A stretch of DNA of 64,000 nt from Balanoglossus misakiensis (taxonomy: Eukaryota > Animalia > Hemichordata): positions 4,867,009 through 4,931,008 of the forward strand of contig CM082591.2 of NCBI GenBank assembly GCA_040954595.2, in the 5' to 3' direction. The position numbers and the translations under genes are program-made. This document shows positions 1-13,100 of the stretch, in pieces. Below the pieces are notes generated by a model. That model had not been told where the DNA came from. It made no database searches and worked only from the letters and a program-made list of their open reading frames with translations. The first letter of the stretch is position 1. Each line of letters starts with the position of its first letter.

Positions 1-98
1 GCACCAGTCACTCAGTGGCTAATACAGGTATGATAGTTGAGTTACGTCATCATCGAAGAGGCGTTTTTTCACATTGAACATTTTTTACAAATATTTAC

Positions 99-3000
99 CC
101 TTTTCGTCGGAAAACCGAGTTGGAGAAGTTTCTTTTTTGGTCGATTCGTCTCGTCCTCGACATACTGTTCCAAAGTAAAGGACACCTTGATATAGTTTGG
201 TATTTTGTCGTCGTCCATGCTTGACTCAAAGATGTACTTTGCAAATGGCGGGTGGCTCTCCGAGCAACAGCTGACGATGTCATCCATTGTGATAGTCTGG
301 GAAGAAAACATTGTATTACATATAAGCATTTTGTATATTCACATCGGATGACAAGCTGACTGGAAAATCTAGTCGTGTGCGGGCGCTCCACGATCACCCG
401 CGCTCGAGTGAATCATTTCATGCTACGAAAATACACAAAGTCTGTCGGCCAGTGACACCAATTGGAAAATGGTATCACCCACACCAAGGTAGGCGGAAGT
501 TGGTCCTGGCGTTTTTTTCCCACGATTCAAATTACAGTAAACGCCATATTGGAAATTTTGCCAAATTTCCCTCGATATTGTAAAAAAATCGCGCGACTTA
601 TACATGGCGAATATGTTTTATTCTGAAAGAGTGACCTCAAAGCTACCAAATTATGTAGAAATCAGCTAGACCGGATTTCCCCTTTAAAAGAACAAGGCAA
701 CACAATTGGAAGACTATAGCCTAGACAGGCATGAGTTCATGTACATAGAGGAATGGCGCACCTGCTCTTGGTCCAAGTGTCCGCCGCAGTTGTTGAGCCC
801 CCAATCCCAAGTGTCAACTTCAGGATTGTTAATGCACTTGACTCTCCAGTCGGCAGTGGCATCGTCAGCTTTCACGCCCACCACTGATTTGTGTGCGACA
901 GCGCCCTCCACGGCCTCCACCCTGACCTCGGTGTCTTTGATGGTATCGCAAATGTAGACCTTCACTTCGACTTGCCCAGTCCACGGGATGAACTTTCCGT
1001 AGGCGATGGCGTTCAAGGCCAGCTTCGGTCTCTCTTTCCCGCAGCTGCTGCAGGTGAACTTGGTGAAATGCTTGGTGCGGATGTTGACGTATTTTTCGTC
1101 TACGCTAAATGTCACGTGTCTAACGATGTTGTTCTCGGCGCTCAATGTCGATTGGTCGACACTACGCCAGTCCTTGTCTCTCGGGTTCATCGATTGGTTG
1201 AAGTGCACCAGGAACCGCCATTTTGAATTGCTTCCGGGCAGTATGGCGCGGTGCGGAACCATGACGGTGACGTAATCAAGAAAGGCATCCAGACCGGGAG
1301 ACAAGCATTCAACGACGGGCGCCAATGGAATTTGGCCCTCGCTGAGGTTGACGTTGAAGTAGCTCACGGCCAGACTCACTTTGACTACGATCTTTTGCAA
1401 CCTGCCGCGGGGTATCGCCCCCCTGGGGATGTACACCTTGACGTCAGACTCGGCGTGGGACAGCCAACCGCCCTCATAGTCGAACTGTCCTTCAAAAATG
1501 ACGCCGTAGATGTTGTCTGGGTTTTGATTCGTGATGTTGGTGTGAGTTGCACTGGGTTGTGCATTGGTACCTTCACGTTCATTTAGCGTCCTGATTTCAC
1601 ATCCGGGTGTTTGAGAAGATGGCGCCCGACTGCCGTTGGTAACCTGGCCCGCTTCAGCCTGATCCAGTACAGGCGCGTGGTCGTGGATAGATCCACGGGT
1701 TGTCCGCAGGATGTTAGGATTGTCAAGCTCCTTGTTCGTGTTTTTCGTCTTTTTCCTTGCTTCTGTCACGACAGTGGAAGCACTACCCGTCTGGAAAATA
1801 AATGTAATTTTATATTTTGAATGTTACGTGTATTGTACGTACTAAATAGTTGTAAATAGCTTTATGGTGATATATATCGACTAGAAGGCTAAACAATGAC
1901 TGTCACGTATAATTTGATAGACAGACAGACAGACACATAACACTGACGCCACAGGATTACCTGTTCTCTGTGACAAATTGGGTAGCCGTTTGAACGATGT
2001 GACTCGGCCACTGCAAATAGGCGTTGACAGCGTCTGCATGAAAAATACAGAAAGTTCCTTTGAGATAACCAACAGAGCGTTTCTTCAGTTGGATATAATT
2101 AGCAAAATCATTGTTTTGCCCAGGAATGGCACAGAATGTCACATTTGATCTGCAAATTTTTCGCAAGACATTTAAAGAGACCAATTTAGGTACATGTATA
2201 TTAAATTCGGCCATTGCTCTGTTGAGTGGCTGTGTTCTAGCAACTGAACCACCTGGACACGAAGAATCCGTCCAGGTGATCCACGGCATCGTTTGGATAT
2301 AATCTCATCGTTTAATGTATTACCTCTGTTTTCTCTTGTAAATTGCGACCAGCACAGCAACACCAACTACCAGGATGGTGAGGGATGCCGTCGAAATCAA
2401 TGCCGTGTAGATACCTATAGCTGGGCTATGACTCTTAGTGATGTGAATTTCTTGAAGGTTGAGAGAATCGTCATATTTCGTCTGGTAAACGACATCTAGC
2501 GTCGCCAAAACTGCGGTCGTACGACGTTCATAATTATCTGTAACATGAATCACTCAAAGGTTACACTCACAAATACACTGTGTCAGTAAAGTCAATGTGA
2601 CTGATTTTCGACCAATTTGGGTAAAAGCCAAGTTCAACAACATTTGACCTAATACGTACACGTACATATGAACTACAGTTACAAGTACAGATACATGTTA
2701 GGTAGCACATGACACAAAATAAGTCTTAAACTCTTTTCTCGTATTTTTCTTTAAGTTACATGTACTTTATATTCAGTCAAACATGTGTTAGTTGCTACCT
2801 CTATGGCGGTCACTTTGTTATGTCTCTGTGAAATTTACACGTGCATTTAATTGCTTGTCTATATAAAGGCCATCTATCCATGAAGGTCAGTTTAGTAAAG
2901 TTTGTAGACTGGTCACTATAAATAGACTACTTGAGTTAGAAACACTGGATCAGCCAGAAAACACAATTGTATTATTACTTACTGCTCGGAGCGGTAGTTA

Positions 3001-4172
3001 TTTCTTGTGACTTTTCTGTGTCTGATTCGGGGATCCATGATGTTGGGACTGCACGGGTAGCTCCGAAAGGCATATCCGAAGTCTCATTGCCGAGGGACGT
3101 CATGTTTTCCGCTCTAAGTCTCTCCATTTCTTCCTGCATCTGCAGTCGCTCTGCGTGTTGCTGGCGCGATTTGTTGTAGATGTCGGCGACGACGCCGTCG
3201 CTCAGCGGGGGCTCCATCAGGATCCGCGGCCGGATGACGACCTCGGAGCCGTCGCCGTCGAACCGCCGCACCTTGATGCAGACCGAGTCCAGCGTGCTGC
3301 TGCAGTTCCACAGCACCATCTCCCGGTGGGGATCGCAGCTTTTGCACGGCCGGCATTTCGCGGATCTGCTGAAGTGGGAGGAGAAAGTGCCCGGCGGGCA
3401 GGCCCTGCACACGGGCGGCGGCTCGTCCACGAAGCACGGACCGGAAATGCCGTACCCGGGCGGGCAGTTGACATGATGGCATCTGTTGCGCGAGCTAGAG
3501 CCTGATTCAGTCTGGTGATAGAATAAAAAAAAGAACCCCAAACGGTTGTTCAATTTTGAAGTACAAAAATACTATACTAAAAATATATGATATAACAAAT
3601 TAATCTTGCAAAATTTTAAAATATCGCATCCAGTTTGAAAACCAAGATGGCGTCCAACAGGCTGAGATGACTTCCGCCGGAACACACCATTGGTAGCCTC
3701 GTTTTGGATCTGGGTAACACAGAGTGACTAGTCTTCTCTGGCTGTAATGATTGTAGCGGGTGCTGATAGGTTGACTGGTGTTCGGAGTATAGATGTGCTG
3801 CCAACACCAGTCAACCTAGCAGCGCCCGCTACAATCATTGCAGCTAAGTCTTCTCACAGTCAGAGCCCCCATTGTTAGAGATCTCGATAAGTGGGCCATA
3901 GGGACACACCTCGGGTATTTGTGAAGTCTTTTGGTGTGCACTGGTGTTCCCGGGCAGAATAATATGTCTCGCCTCATTCTGTCTGACCACCACAACGGCA
4001 TTTTTTGCTTGATGACTCTGACACCGCCATCGTCGAAGTAGTGTGTTTGAGTCGTGCGGCTCAGTTCCAGAGAAAAAAAATACCTTCTCTCAAAAACCAT
4101 CGTGTCACTTACCAAACGTGGTCCAAGCAAGACGAGGACCGTCAGCAGAACCAAGTACGGTCTCTTCTCCAT
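99..4172 (-). CDS. Type I membrane receptor: signal peptide, ~2 TNFR cysteine-rich domains, stalk, TM helix, ZU5 and UPA-like domains; 3' end is outside the window
   Basis: Exons 4172-4113 (MEKRPYLVLLTVLVLLGPRL), 3511-2983 (CPPGYG..C..CRACPPGTFS..CRPCKSC..CSSTLDSVC), 2537-2324 (TM IGIYTALISTASLTILVVGVAVLVAIY then KRKQR), 2033-1961, 1790-762 (ZU5: GQFDYEGGWL..VKVYIPRGAIP..LAPVVEC..VTVMVPH..TKHFTKF) and 296-99. All junctions are GT-AG, phases 0/1/2/0/0 join in frame, giving 701 codons in the window. The last exon ends on a donor with no stop. Confidence 0.88.
762..1790 (-). CDS. Large exon of the receptor: juxtamembrane linker, ZU5 domain and start of a UPA-like domain
   Basis: Acceptor tattttccag|ACG and donor CAG|gtgcgc, 1029 nt, within ORF 714..1769. 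Motifs match UNC5/ankyrin/PIDD-type ZU5 domains. Confidence 0.9.
2983..3511 (-). CDS. TNFR/NGFR cysteine-rich domain exon plus stalk
   Basis: Acceptor tatcaccag|ACT, donor GCA|gtaagt. TNFR Cys spacing and N-glycosylation sequons NCS, NKS, NMT, NET. Confidence 0.9.
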
Positions 4173-5222
4173 ATCTTTTCAATCCAACTCTGACGTCACA
4201 GCTCACCCCGGGTTACCGATTGTTTACGGGTCTGTGCAGATATTAAAAGCAGGAACAAGAATTGGAAAACTTTTAACAAGTCACAAAATATATGCTTCCA
4301 AGTTAATAACATGACAATCTAAAGAAATAAAACTACATTCGATTTTATTACCTTTCCCCTACACTCACTCACTCAATTATTTAATTGTTCACCAATCAAC
4401 AAATGAAATGCATACAAAGCTCTGTATAAACCAAATAAATTTCAATACAGTATACAGTCTGACAGTAAAACATACTTTGTTTTTATTGTTCTGACACAAG
4501 TGAATGACACCTGCAAAACTAACATTTCAAGTTATTTGTGGTAGACCTACACGACATAATTAAAGTTTCTTCCCTATTCTTCGCTTCTTCCGTGTATTGG
4601 TAGACACGAGTCATATCTAAAATTAGCTCTATTGTGTACGCTGTGCGCGCGAGAGCTGTTGAATAGTAGCAAGGACGGCCATGGTGGTAGCGATTCCGTG
4701 CACGGACGTGACTGAGCTACCCTACCACACCACGACTGCTCCTATAGGTGCATACCAGCGCCAAAACAAAAGTAGAAAGTTATATTGTATTGTCAATCGA
4801 TGTTTTTTCGCTATTTCGTAATATCAACTGTCAGAATCGAAGTCATGCCGCAATAACAGTTGTGTTCTGTCGCGGCACCATAGTTCCGGGCCTTCTTCCA
4901 TTCAACTTTCTCTCTGTCTGCCCACGTGACCCACTTGCGTGGGGTGCTAAAAAAGTTCCCAGGTTTCATCCGTTGTGTGAAGTGTGTGGTTAGTGTATGC
5001 TTGTACAACACAATTTAGTCTCCCACTGGCGCCAGAGAAACACACCAATGTATAAACCTATTCACATAACTGTATAATCTTACCACGCTTGCAGAAGTTC
5101 CTTTGTTCCTGATCAACAGGTCTCTGCGGGCAGCGTGATCTGCACGCCGCGCCTCGAACGGTGTCTGTTCGGGTCTCACCTAGTCCACCTGCGGGTCCTC
5201 GGCGAGGCGATCACCGTAGTTA

Positions 5223-6550
5223 GGCCAAAAAAAAAAAGAGTTTTGTTTAGCGTCCTCGCGCGCGTCACTTTTAAACATGCGCGTCGAGGCTTTTTTTTCG
5301 TAATTTTCGAACCCGGAAATCAACTTCAGTGTTTTCCCCAGGACGCGCGATCGCGCGATTCCCCCTCTTTTACACTTGAAGCGCCCCTTGTAACAAGTTC
5401 AGGGGGCAACAATCGGCCCTTCGCGAGCAGCCCACCCGGCCAGTACATGCGCGTCCAAGCCTCAATAGCATGCACCGTCAGTCAAAACACTGGGAAAACG
5501 GCCGATATTACTGCGTGCTGGCCTATACATTTAACTTCCCACCCCCAAAACTATGTTGTAGTGGGCTTTCACATTCATTTACGTGTAATTTAGCTCCAGG
5601 GCTATAGTGTGCAATTGTTGGAACAGCCTATCTGGATACCGTCTAAATTTAGAGCACACACTGCACTCAAGTGAACTTGTTGTTATGGCGACTTTTGAAA
5701 TTGGGTTGGCAGAACGTAACAATTTTATGCAAATTAAAGAAACTGCGTTCCTGCCATGGCGATTATCAAGAATGTATCAGTTTTCCATGACCTTGTTTTC
5801 TTACTTAGGAAGGAAAGTCATTCAATATGTACAGAGACTGTTTATTTGAGTAGTGTGCCTAGCCACAGATGAGGAAGTGTAGGCAGAAATCTGAAGAAAT
5901 ATATACCACTTCAATTTATTTAACTATTAATGGTTTCACAATCTAATATTTTGGCAGCTATAAAACTGAAACTTTTAAAATCAAACAAGAATTTTTTTTC
6001 TTCGGTGTAGTATTAAAGAAAGACACTATTGTTTTTGCAGTTGCATTTATTTTATTCATTTCACTCTACTTGCCAGGGGAGCAGTTAATCAGTCACTCTC
6101 CTACCACTTGTGTAATTAATTTCAGGAGAGTTATTTTCAGCTCTCCAGCATTTTTTAAATTACATGCCCTGAAAGTTATGCAAGCTGGTGTCTTCCTCTG
6201 CAAAATCTACTAATTTAAAGTAGAAAAAACTGTAACTGTTAATATGTTGTCAAGTTCACATGTAAAATGTTGTAATTTACTTATGCTGTTTTTAATATGG
6301 AATGAAGGCAGTTAGTAAGTTAACGTTCAAAATTGTCATTTCTTGATGTTTACCTAATTAACATAATTAACATAAATTATGCAAATCATGATTCCCCCCT
6401 ACTTTGACCAAATCCCCCCTTAATTTTGGACTATTAAAGAAATATTTGTTGTTCTTGTTTCGCAGAAAAAAAAAAAAAAAGAAGCCGCGTCACCGCATCA
6501 ATTTTGAGATTTTGCTTGGACGCTAAACAAAACTCTTTTTTTTTCTGGCC
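5223..6550. mobile_element. Non-autonomous DNA transposon, PIF/Harbinger-like, ~1.3 kb
   Basis: TIRs GGCCAAAAAAAAAAAGAGTTTTGTTTAGCGTCC and GGACGCTAAACAAAACTC(T)nCTGGCC, flanked by a TTA target duplication (5220-5222 and 6551-6553). No transposase ORF inside. Confidence 0.8.
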
Positions 6551-9500
6551 TTAGACCGCTACGGTGATATTTGTTTAGTGAGTCGAGATTTTCACAACAG
6601 CATAACCGTGTTTTAGTGGAAACTTTGGGGAACTTCTGACTTTGCTTTGTAAACGCCATGCATATGCAAATTCGAATAGCAGATTGGGAATTCCCCCTGT
6701 GCAGGTATAAACTAAGTATGACGTCAGCAAAAGGGACCATAGCGGCGATGGATGGACAATCGGTTCCCTCCATGACAGTGCAAAGGTGGTTCCATTCGCC
6801 CGCAGCCCCTTCACACACCCGTAGTCGGTTGGGATTCGACTGATCATTCAACCGCGATCAGTGCATGAGTCACTGGAAGTCATGAGCCCTATTTCTGACG
6901 GCATTCCTCTAATCCCAACCCCAAACGGCACACATGTAATAGCACGCCGAGGTAGACCCATGCTGATTAAAACAGATTGGCTCCATCTTTACATTTGATA
7001 GATATATCCGGTTCTGTTCTGTTCTCAGTGGACGAGAGGTGGACGTCGACATCCGAGAACAGAGCAGCAAAGAACCAGGTAAATCTGAAATCGAGCCTGA
7101 CCTAGCAACTTGCCATCAGGTTTGACCCTGTCATGGCAACGTGGAGGTGCTCCAGCTTCAAAATGTTTATGTCAGCAAATTTACCACTTCACGTGATAAA
7201 CACATGTGGTACGGATACGATAAATTCTGTGCGGCTAGATGAGTTGACAACTGTTTCCCAAATATGGTCAGGCCACGTGTTCAGTTGGCGCAGCCTGCGA
7301 ACTACATTGTACTAGCTAGCCAGGCATGGCGTCCCTTTTCAGCTGTGGGTGGTTTATGAAATGCATATGATGACTTGAACTTTTTGCTATAGTTCAAACT
7401 ACACATAACTCTGTCGATATTTAGTCGTTCGTTAACAGTACAGCGCGGATCTTTCGCTATTAAACACACCACTTCAACGAGACTGCTCAATACACAATGA
7501 AAAACTCGGTTAATGTTTAACTTTCTCTGACGGGATTTTCTCGTTACAATACCTGGTTACAATTCAACCTTCGTCATCACCTGGTTATTTTGTCGTTTCT
7601 TAACCATGCCTGTCAGAATTCGAGAAAACCTATGTCTTAACTGTTATACTTAGGTGTAAGATTTGTATAAGGAATATAAGATATACCCAACAGCGTGGGT
7701 GGGCGTTGATTACTAATAAATGTACGGCGATTTTTTTACCTCAGCTCGGGGGAGAGATACCGAAGGCAAGCCTTTGGCTGTTACAATATCTGTCTTTCCT
7801 CCCCGTTTGACTGATTCACCGGCGACGAACTCGGGGGTATTTTTGTACGTTTGATTAAACATGCTCCCTCCAAATCTGAAGAAGGGTTCGGTTTTTCTTC
7901 TGTGCTAGAGTCAGGCAATTTCACTGAATTCTTACCAAACGCAAAACATAGAACTGCATGCAGGCTTGTTAACATTTCTGTTCTGTGTTAAACTGTAATG
8001 CACCCTGACAGGTAAGCAAATCTTGTGAGTGGGAGTGAGTTCAAAAGCTGTACGCAGTCATCATACTGGTCATATTTTCATCGTTATAGTGACGGGCGGG
8101 GTCAGCGGCTAAATTTAAGTCAAGCATTGGAATAGTCTCGTAAAATCTCAAGAATTGTGGCGCTGGGAGAATTTCAAATCTCGGACAATAATATCTACAG
8201 GTGGACAAATACTGTTATTCATATCTGACCAGGTATGTGTATAAATTTCTAGAGTCTGCGCAGTGTTTTGGTGCAAAAGCGAACTTTTGCCAAAAAAACG
8301 TTGCACAAATATGACCGTCCGTTATATCATAACGGTGTGACAATGGGAAAAAATTACACTGTTTCTGATTTATCGTTTACTGACTTCCCATTGGACGAGA
8401 GACTTTTTACAGCGGATTAGCACGTTTCTTACGCGGGTTTTTAGCGCTGGAACAACGCAAAGTTGCCAGGGCAAAACTCGCAAATCAGTCACATTCCAGC
8501 GGTTGTTTTATTTTATTCAAAGATGGCCGACTCAGGTGTGTGGGCGGAAGACAAAAGACACCACAGTTGTGTTTCCACGTTAAATTTACACCTACAAATT
8601 TAGGACAGGGCGAAAATTGTAACAATGGGGAGTGATATAATAACATGCTGTGTTGTCTTAGGTGTTGCACAACATAGTGGCACGTAGTTATTTACAAGCC
8701 GTATTAACTGTTCAGCTTAGACCGTAATAACAATAAGTGTCCGTTTCCTTCCTTCGCCAGTTTCTAACATTGGGAAAAGACAGAAACGCGCTAGCTAAAG
8801 ATTCTCCGGTTTTTAAAAGTAAACATGACTGTGTTTTGTGATATCGTGGTTATTTTTCTGCGAAGGCACCCGGGCACGTACCGCTCGGTAACGCGCACGG
8901 CCATATTGACTTTGACGAAGTTAATAAGTAAAATATTACCCCCAGCGTACAGATCGCTTGAGCGGGAAGCCATTTGTTATATACTTGCACGCCGTGCAAA
9001 AAAAACAGACGAAATTTGACAGAATTCTGGCCTGGTTGTCACTTAGGAGTTAGATATACCCTGGGTTTATAGGTATGTGACCGTTAATGCATATATTTCG
9101 TTCGTTTTTGTAGATATGTCGCTCGTCCGGTTTCAAAGCTGCGCGCAACTGTGACCCAATATGGAGTCTGCAATAATTCAATTGCATGTGCTCCCGTACA
9201 CACAGAATCAATTGGCAAATTTGCTGCCGTCGCTGCCTAAATAACAGTCGCTACCTATCTGCTGAGATTCGGATTAGCATAAGTAACTAGAGACATAGAT
9301 TACATTCTAAGTTAGCTAATTCGGGTTGTGTTGGTTGGCCGTTTCTTGCTTCCAACATGGCGGAGGCGATGAATCTCTTCTCATTTCAAGTTGGTGGAAA
9401 TACTATACAGGTTCACGTACCAGAAATTACGTTGTATTAACCTCAGCTAGCTTGCAACTCTTAAGGGGGATTTTATCACAGTTTTAATTGCCTGTGCTAA

Positions 9501-10145
9501 AGCAGGTGTTGGCAACCGTTTCTGAAAACCGCCTTGTGGTGATGGTCGAAACAAACATTTCAAAAATTTCAAAATGGCCAATATTATAGTCTTTCGTTTT
9601 CTTATGTCTCTAATCGTACACATGAAGCAGATATCATCCTCCAATATAATCCCCACGCTTTATATTATTTCAAAGTTATGCGCAAATGTCAATCATAATA
9701 CTAACCACCTGTTGATTTCCGTAAAACGAGATTATGTTGAGACCGAAACAACTGGTTGAGTGAGGGCCTTCGCTCGAGCTTAACCTTAGTGAATTTAACA
9801 ATAATTGACCAACATTGCAAGATACAAGAATGGGAAAATCAGACTGGCATTTTAAAGCTTCAAACTGTGTTTTCGTGCTGGGGTTTTGACTATGACAGAT
9901 GCATCGCATGAAACAGGGACTTTCTCCTTCAGCTAAAAGCACCCTGGCTTCTTGAACAGAAAGTGGCTTATCATCAATCACGTAACAATGTGTTTTATTT
10001 AATTTGGGCATCTTTCTGAGTGCATGTCAAACCGCAGAAAGTCGTTAAAATCAGCGCTACCAGAAGAAAACCGTAACACAACACACCAAACTGATCAATA
10101 TTTCTTCCTTTCGTTCCCAGCGGAAGTTAGACACCGCAAGGCACC

Positions 10146-13100
10146 ATGGGTCTTGGAATGGGACTTATTCGCTTGCTGTTTTTCATCTTCACGTTCATTG
10201 TTTGGGTGAGTATGATGACGTCACACACTCTGAAGCTGATATCCCTTTCTACTGTAACTCCCAACTTTTAAATAATTTCCACAATACACGCAAATGTAAA
10301 CTATGACAATAACCACTTGTTGATTCCAGCGGAGTGAGACTAGTATTTTATACACGGAGAATAAAGCTGGATGTTTACCATGTTAATAAGTTATATTATA
10401 CCACAGACTGTGAGTGTACACATTTAGTATAAAATATTTGATTCCTCCGTGGGTAAAGTAGATTGTGTTTAACATAGACAGCCATTGACGTTATTCAGCG
10501 CAATGAAATATGCCAGTAGATTTTCACACGATCGGAGTGCAAAATGAAAACATTTTGATGCTCAAACGTCTATTATTTGGAATTTTATATTATCTCTAGT
10601 AGTAGGTCTGTTTGGCGTAAGACAATTGAGAGAGATATTTAATATTTAAGTTAAAAATTTCTAAGTGGAAAAGAGGGCATCAAAATATCAACAAATCACA
10701 ACTTTATGATCACATGATTGTTATAAGTGATGAGAGTATTTTACGAAAAAGGCTGATTTGTTTTTCATTGGAAGGTAAGGCAGGGATTTATGAGTGGTAA
10801 CTTAATTATTTCAGGGTTTCGTTATATATGATATAATTCTCGACGGCTTAGTTTCACGCTATCACTGACAGATTGTCCAGTTTTTGGCCACCGTTTCTGG
10901 GTGTTATGGTAGCTAATCGAATTTGAATACATGCTCAGGCGTGGAGTTCCAGTAACTGGGGTTGTGGAGTAATCTAAGGTATATATAAAATCCCCGGGCA
11001 CGCGGCAGGACTACACACAACAGCCATGTCTGTTAACATGGACGGGTCGATTCGACCATCATTCTGAAGAGGCTGTTCAGTCGCGCCCTCAGAAATATTT
11101 CCTCGATGAGGTCAGCCACCCTCGGCATGTATGTAATATCACAGGTCGCGGATCTTTCTGTGTCTTTGGCGCGTGTGGGAGTAAGCCCAGTTCGGAAAGA
11201 ATTTCAGCTAATTGTGCGTGGTAATTAATTAATCATCAGTTTGCCGTTTGAGTAAAAATATTAGTTTCGGAGTAATACCGGAGTTACTATAACAGTCAGA
11301 ATCTGGCCAAACAGATAAAACGTCATGCGTTGATTTGAAACTAAAACAAATTGACGTTTTCTGAGATGACACTTAACTTAAAACTGTGCGGTTAAACAGC
11401 GAATATTGAACTTGGAAACACAAAAGCGAGCTGTAAAAATATGCAAGAATGTCTACCAAAATGAACAAGATGGCGGACCGAATTTAACGTGGTGTGAAGT
11501 ACAAACAAAACCAGGTGACTCCATCGAGTCATGCCCATTGTTCGGAGAGCATGGCGGGTCTCGACTCATATTAACGACTAACAGAATGATAGTTTCATGT
11601 CGCCTTGCTTGACTTCTAAGTGTTAACAAGCAATATTAGCGGGAATGTGTAGCACCACTCCAAACGAAAGTAATGTTAAGCAAATCACATAAAAATTCGG
11701 TGCAGGTGACGGATTTTGAATACATGTTAGACAAAATTAAATATTTTTAGAATTATTTAAATCTAATGAAGCATACGCCAAAATTGCTCGTATTCTAAAC
11801 CATGTGACGTAATTAAGTTTATTCGTAAATTTAGTAATACCTGAAGATATGATTATGTAAAAATGAAACATAAAACGATGACTTTGCCAAGTTAAGTGAC
11901 CGAAGTCAATTTCAAATTTTTATCACCGTGTGGTGCCTCATAGCTTGAAACAATATAAAACAATTTGAAAATATATGAAACATTTCATTAGATTTCAGAA
12001 ATCTTTTTGAAAATTTTGAGTCGTGTTTAGTCATCGTGACCTGACTGGCCGGTAAATATGTGTAGGCTTGCTGTATGGTTAATATGTAATACAAAACAGA
12101 CTACGATAAGAATTGGCATGTTCGACATAATGACGTCACCTAGATACGTTGCCAGCTGACCTGACCTGGAGTAAATAAATTCTTATCTCACACACATACC
12201 AAAAATAACTGGCACATGGCGTCATTTTACACCGGTCTTGACAGCCGAGTACATCATTTGCATAAACCAATACAAATGTAGTCATAGAGCAGATAGTCTT
12301 ACTCTTGGCGGAACGGCTGTGTCATTTGAAATTTTCACCGATTTCTTCAGAATTTGTTGTCATCGTAAAAATTACCGCCTTCTGTAAGTTACATACCCAT
12401 GTATACATATATAGTTTAAAGGGTGTGTAGTAGTCTTTGAATAAATACGTGTTGCGTTGTGAACTTTTTTTTTTTCGCGTGGCCACCAAGTGAAAATATA
12501 TGATTGGCCAGATCGCCACTTTCTACTGTAACAGTAACTGTGGCTGTTAGAACTACAGCATATTTAGACTGTGATTAACAATTATCATGCTAGTATTAAG
12601 GGAGTATACTAAATAAATACAGGGGTTGACATTTCTTCTTTCGTTGATTTTAGCTATGCGGCCTTGCCGTTTTGGGAGTGTGTATATGGCTGGCGGTGGA
12701 TGATTTATACTTTCAAGACCTGCTGGGTTCGGAGTTATACGAAGTGGTGCTGTACACCTTACTGGCGTGCGGGGCAATCATCTGCCTGGTCGGATTCTTC
12801 GGCTGCTGTGGCGCCCTCAGGGAGAGCAAGTGTCTCCTTGGAACGGTAGGTTGTTGTGACGTCACTCCTATGACAGGTTTTCAGCTTGTCATGGCCCAGG
12901 CATGGTCACGTCCCGAATAAAGCTGAAAATATTTTTGGGCCGCCTGTGGTCACACCATGACCCTGACGCGTCTCTGACCAAACTAACATCGTTTTTCTGG
13001 ACATAGAATATTTTTAAGTCCGGACTTATATTCAGTAAGCTCCATGACAAGTGCGCCTTTAATGCGCATTTTGATGACGTCACTCATTTTGATGACGTCA

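Noticed and set aside
1961-2010. Shorter 50-nt version of receptor exon 4
   Set aside because: It puts the next exon out of frame and hits a stop. The acceptor at 2034-2036 (73-nt exon) keeps the frame.
3114-3505. Overlapping alternative-frame and antisense ORFs in the GC-rich TNFR exon (also seen over the ZU5 and TRIM exons)
   Set aside because: Expected from GC-rich codon usage, with no recognisable motifs
3816-4112. 118-aa ORF continuing past the signal peptide
   Set aside because: A consensus donor TTG|gtaagt follows codon 20, and the remainder resembles no known protein.
9676-10011. 111-aa minus-strand ORF upstream of tetraspanin A
   Set aside because: No recognisable domain or supporting splice structure
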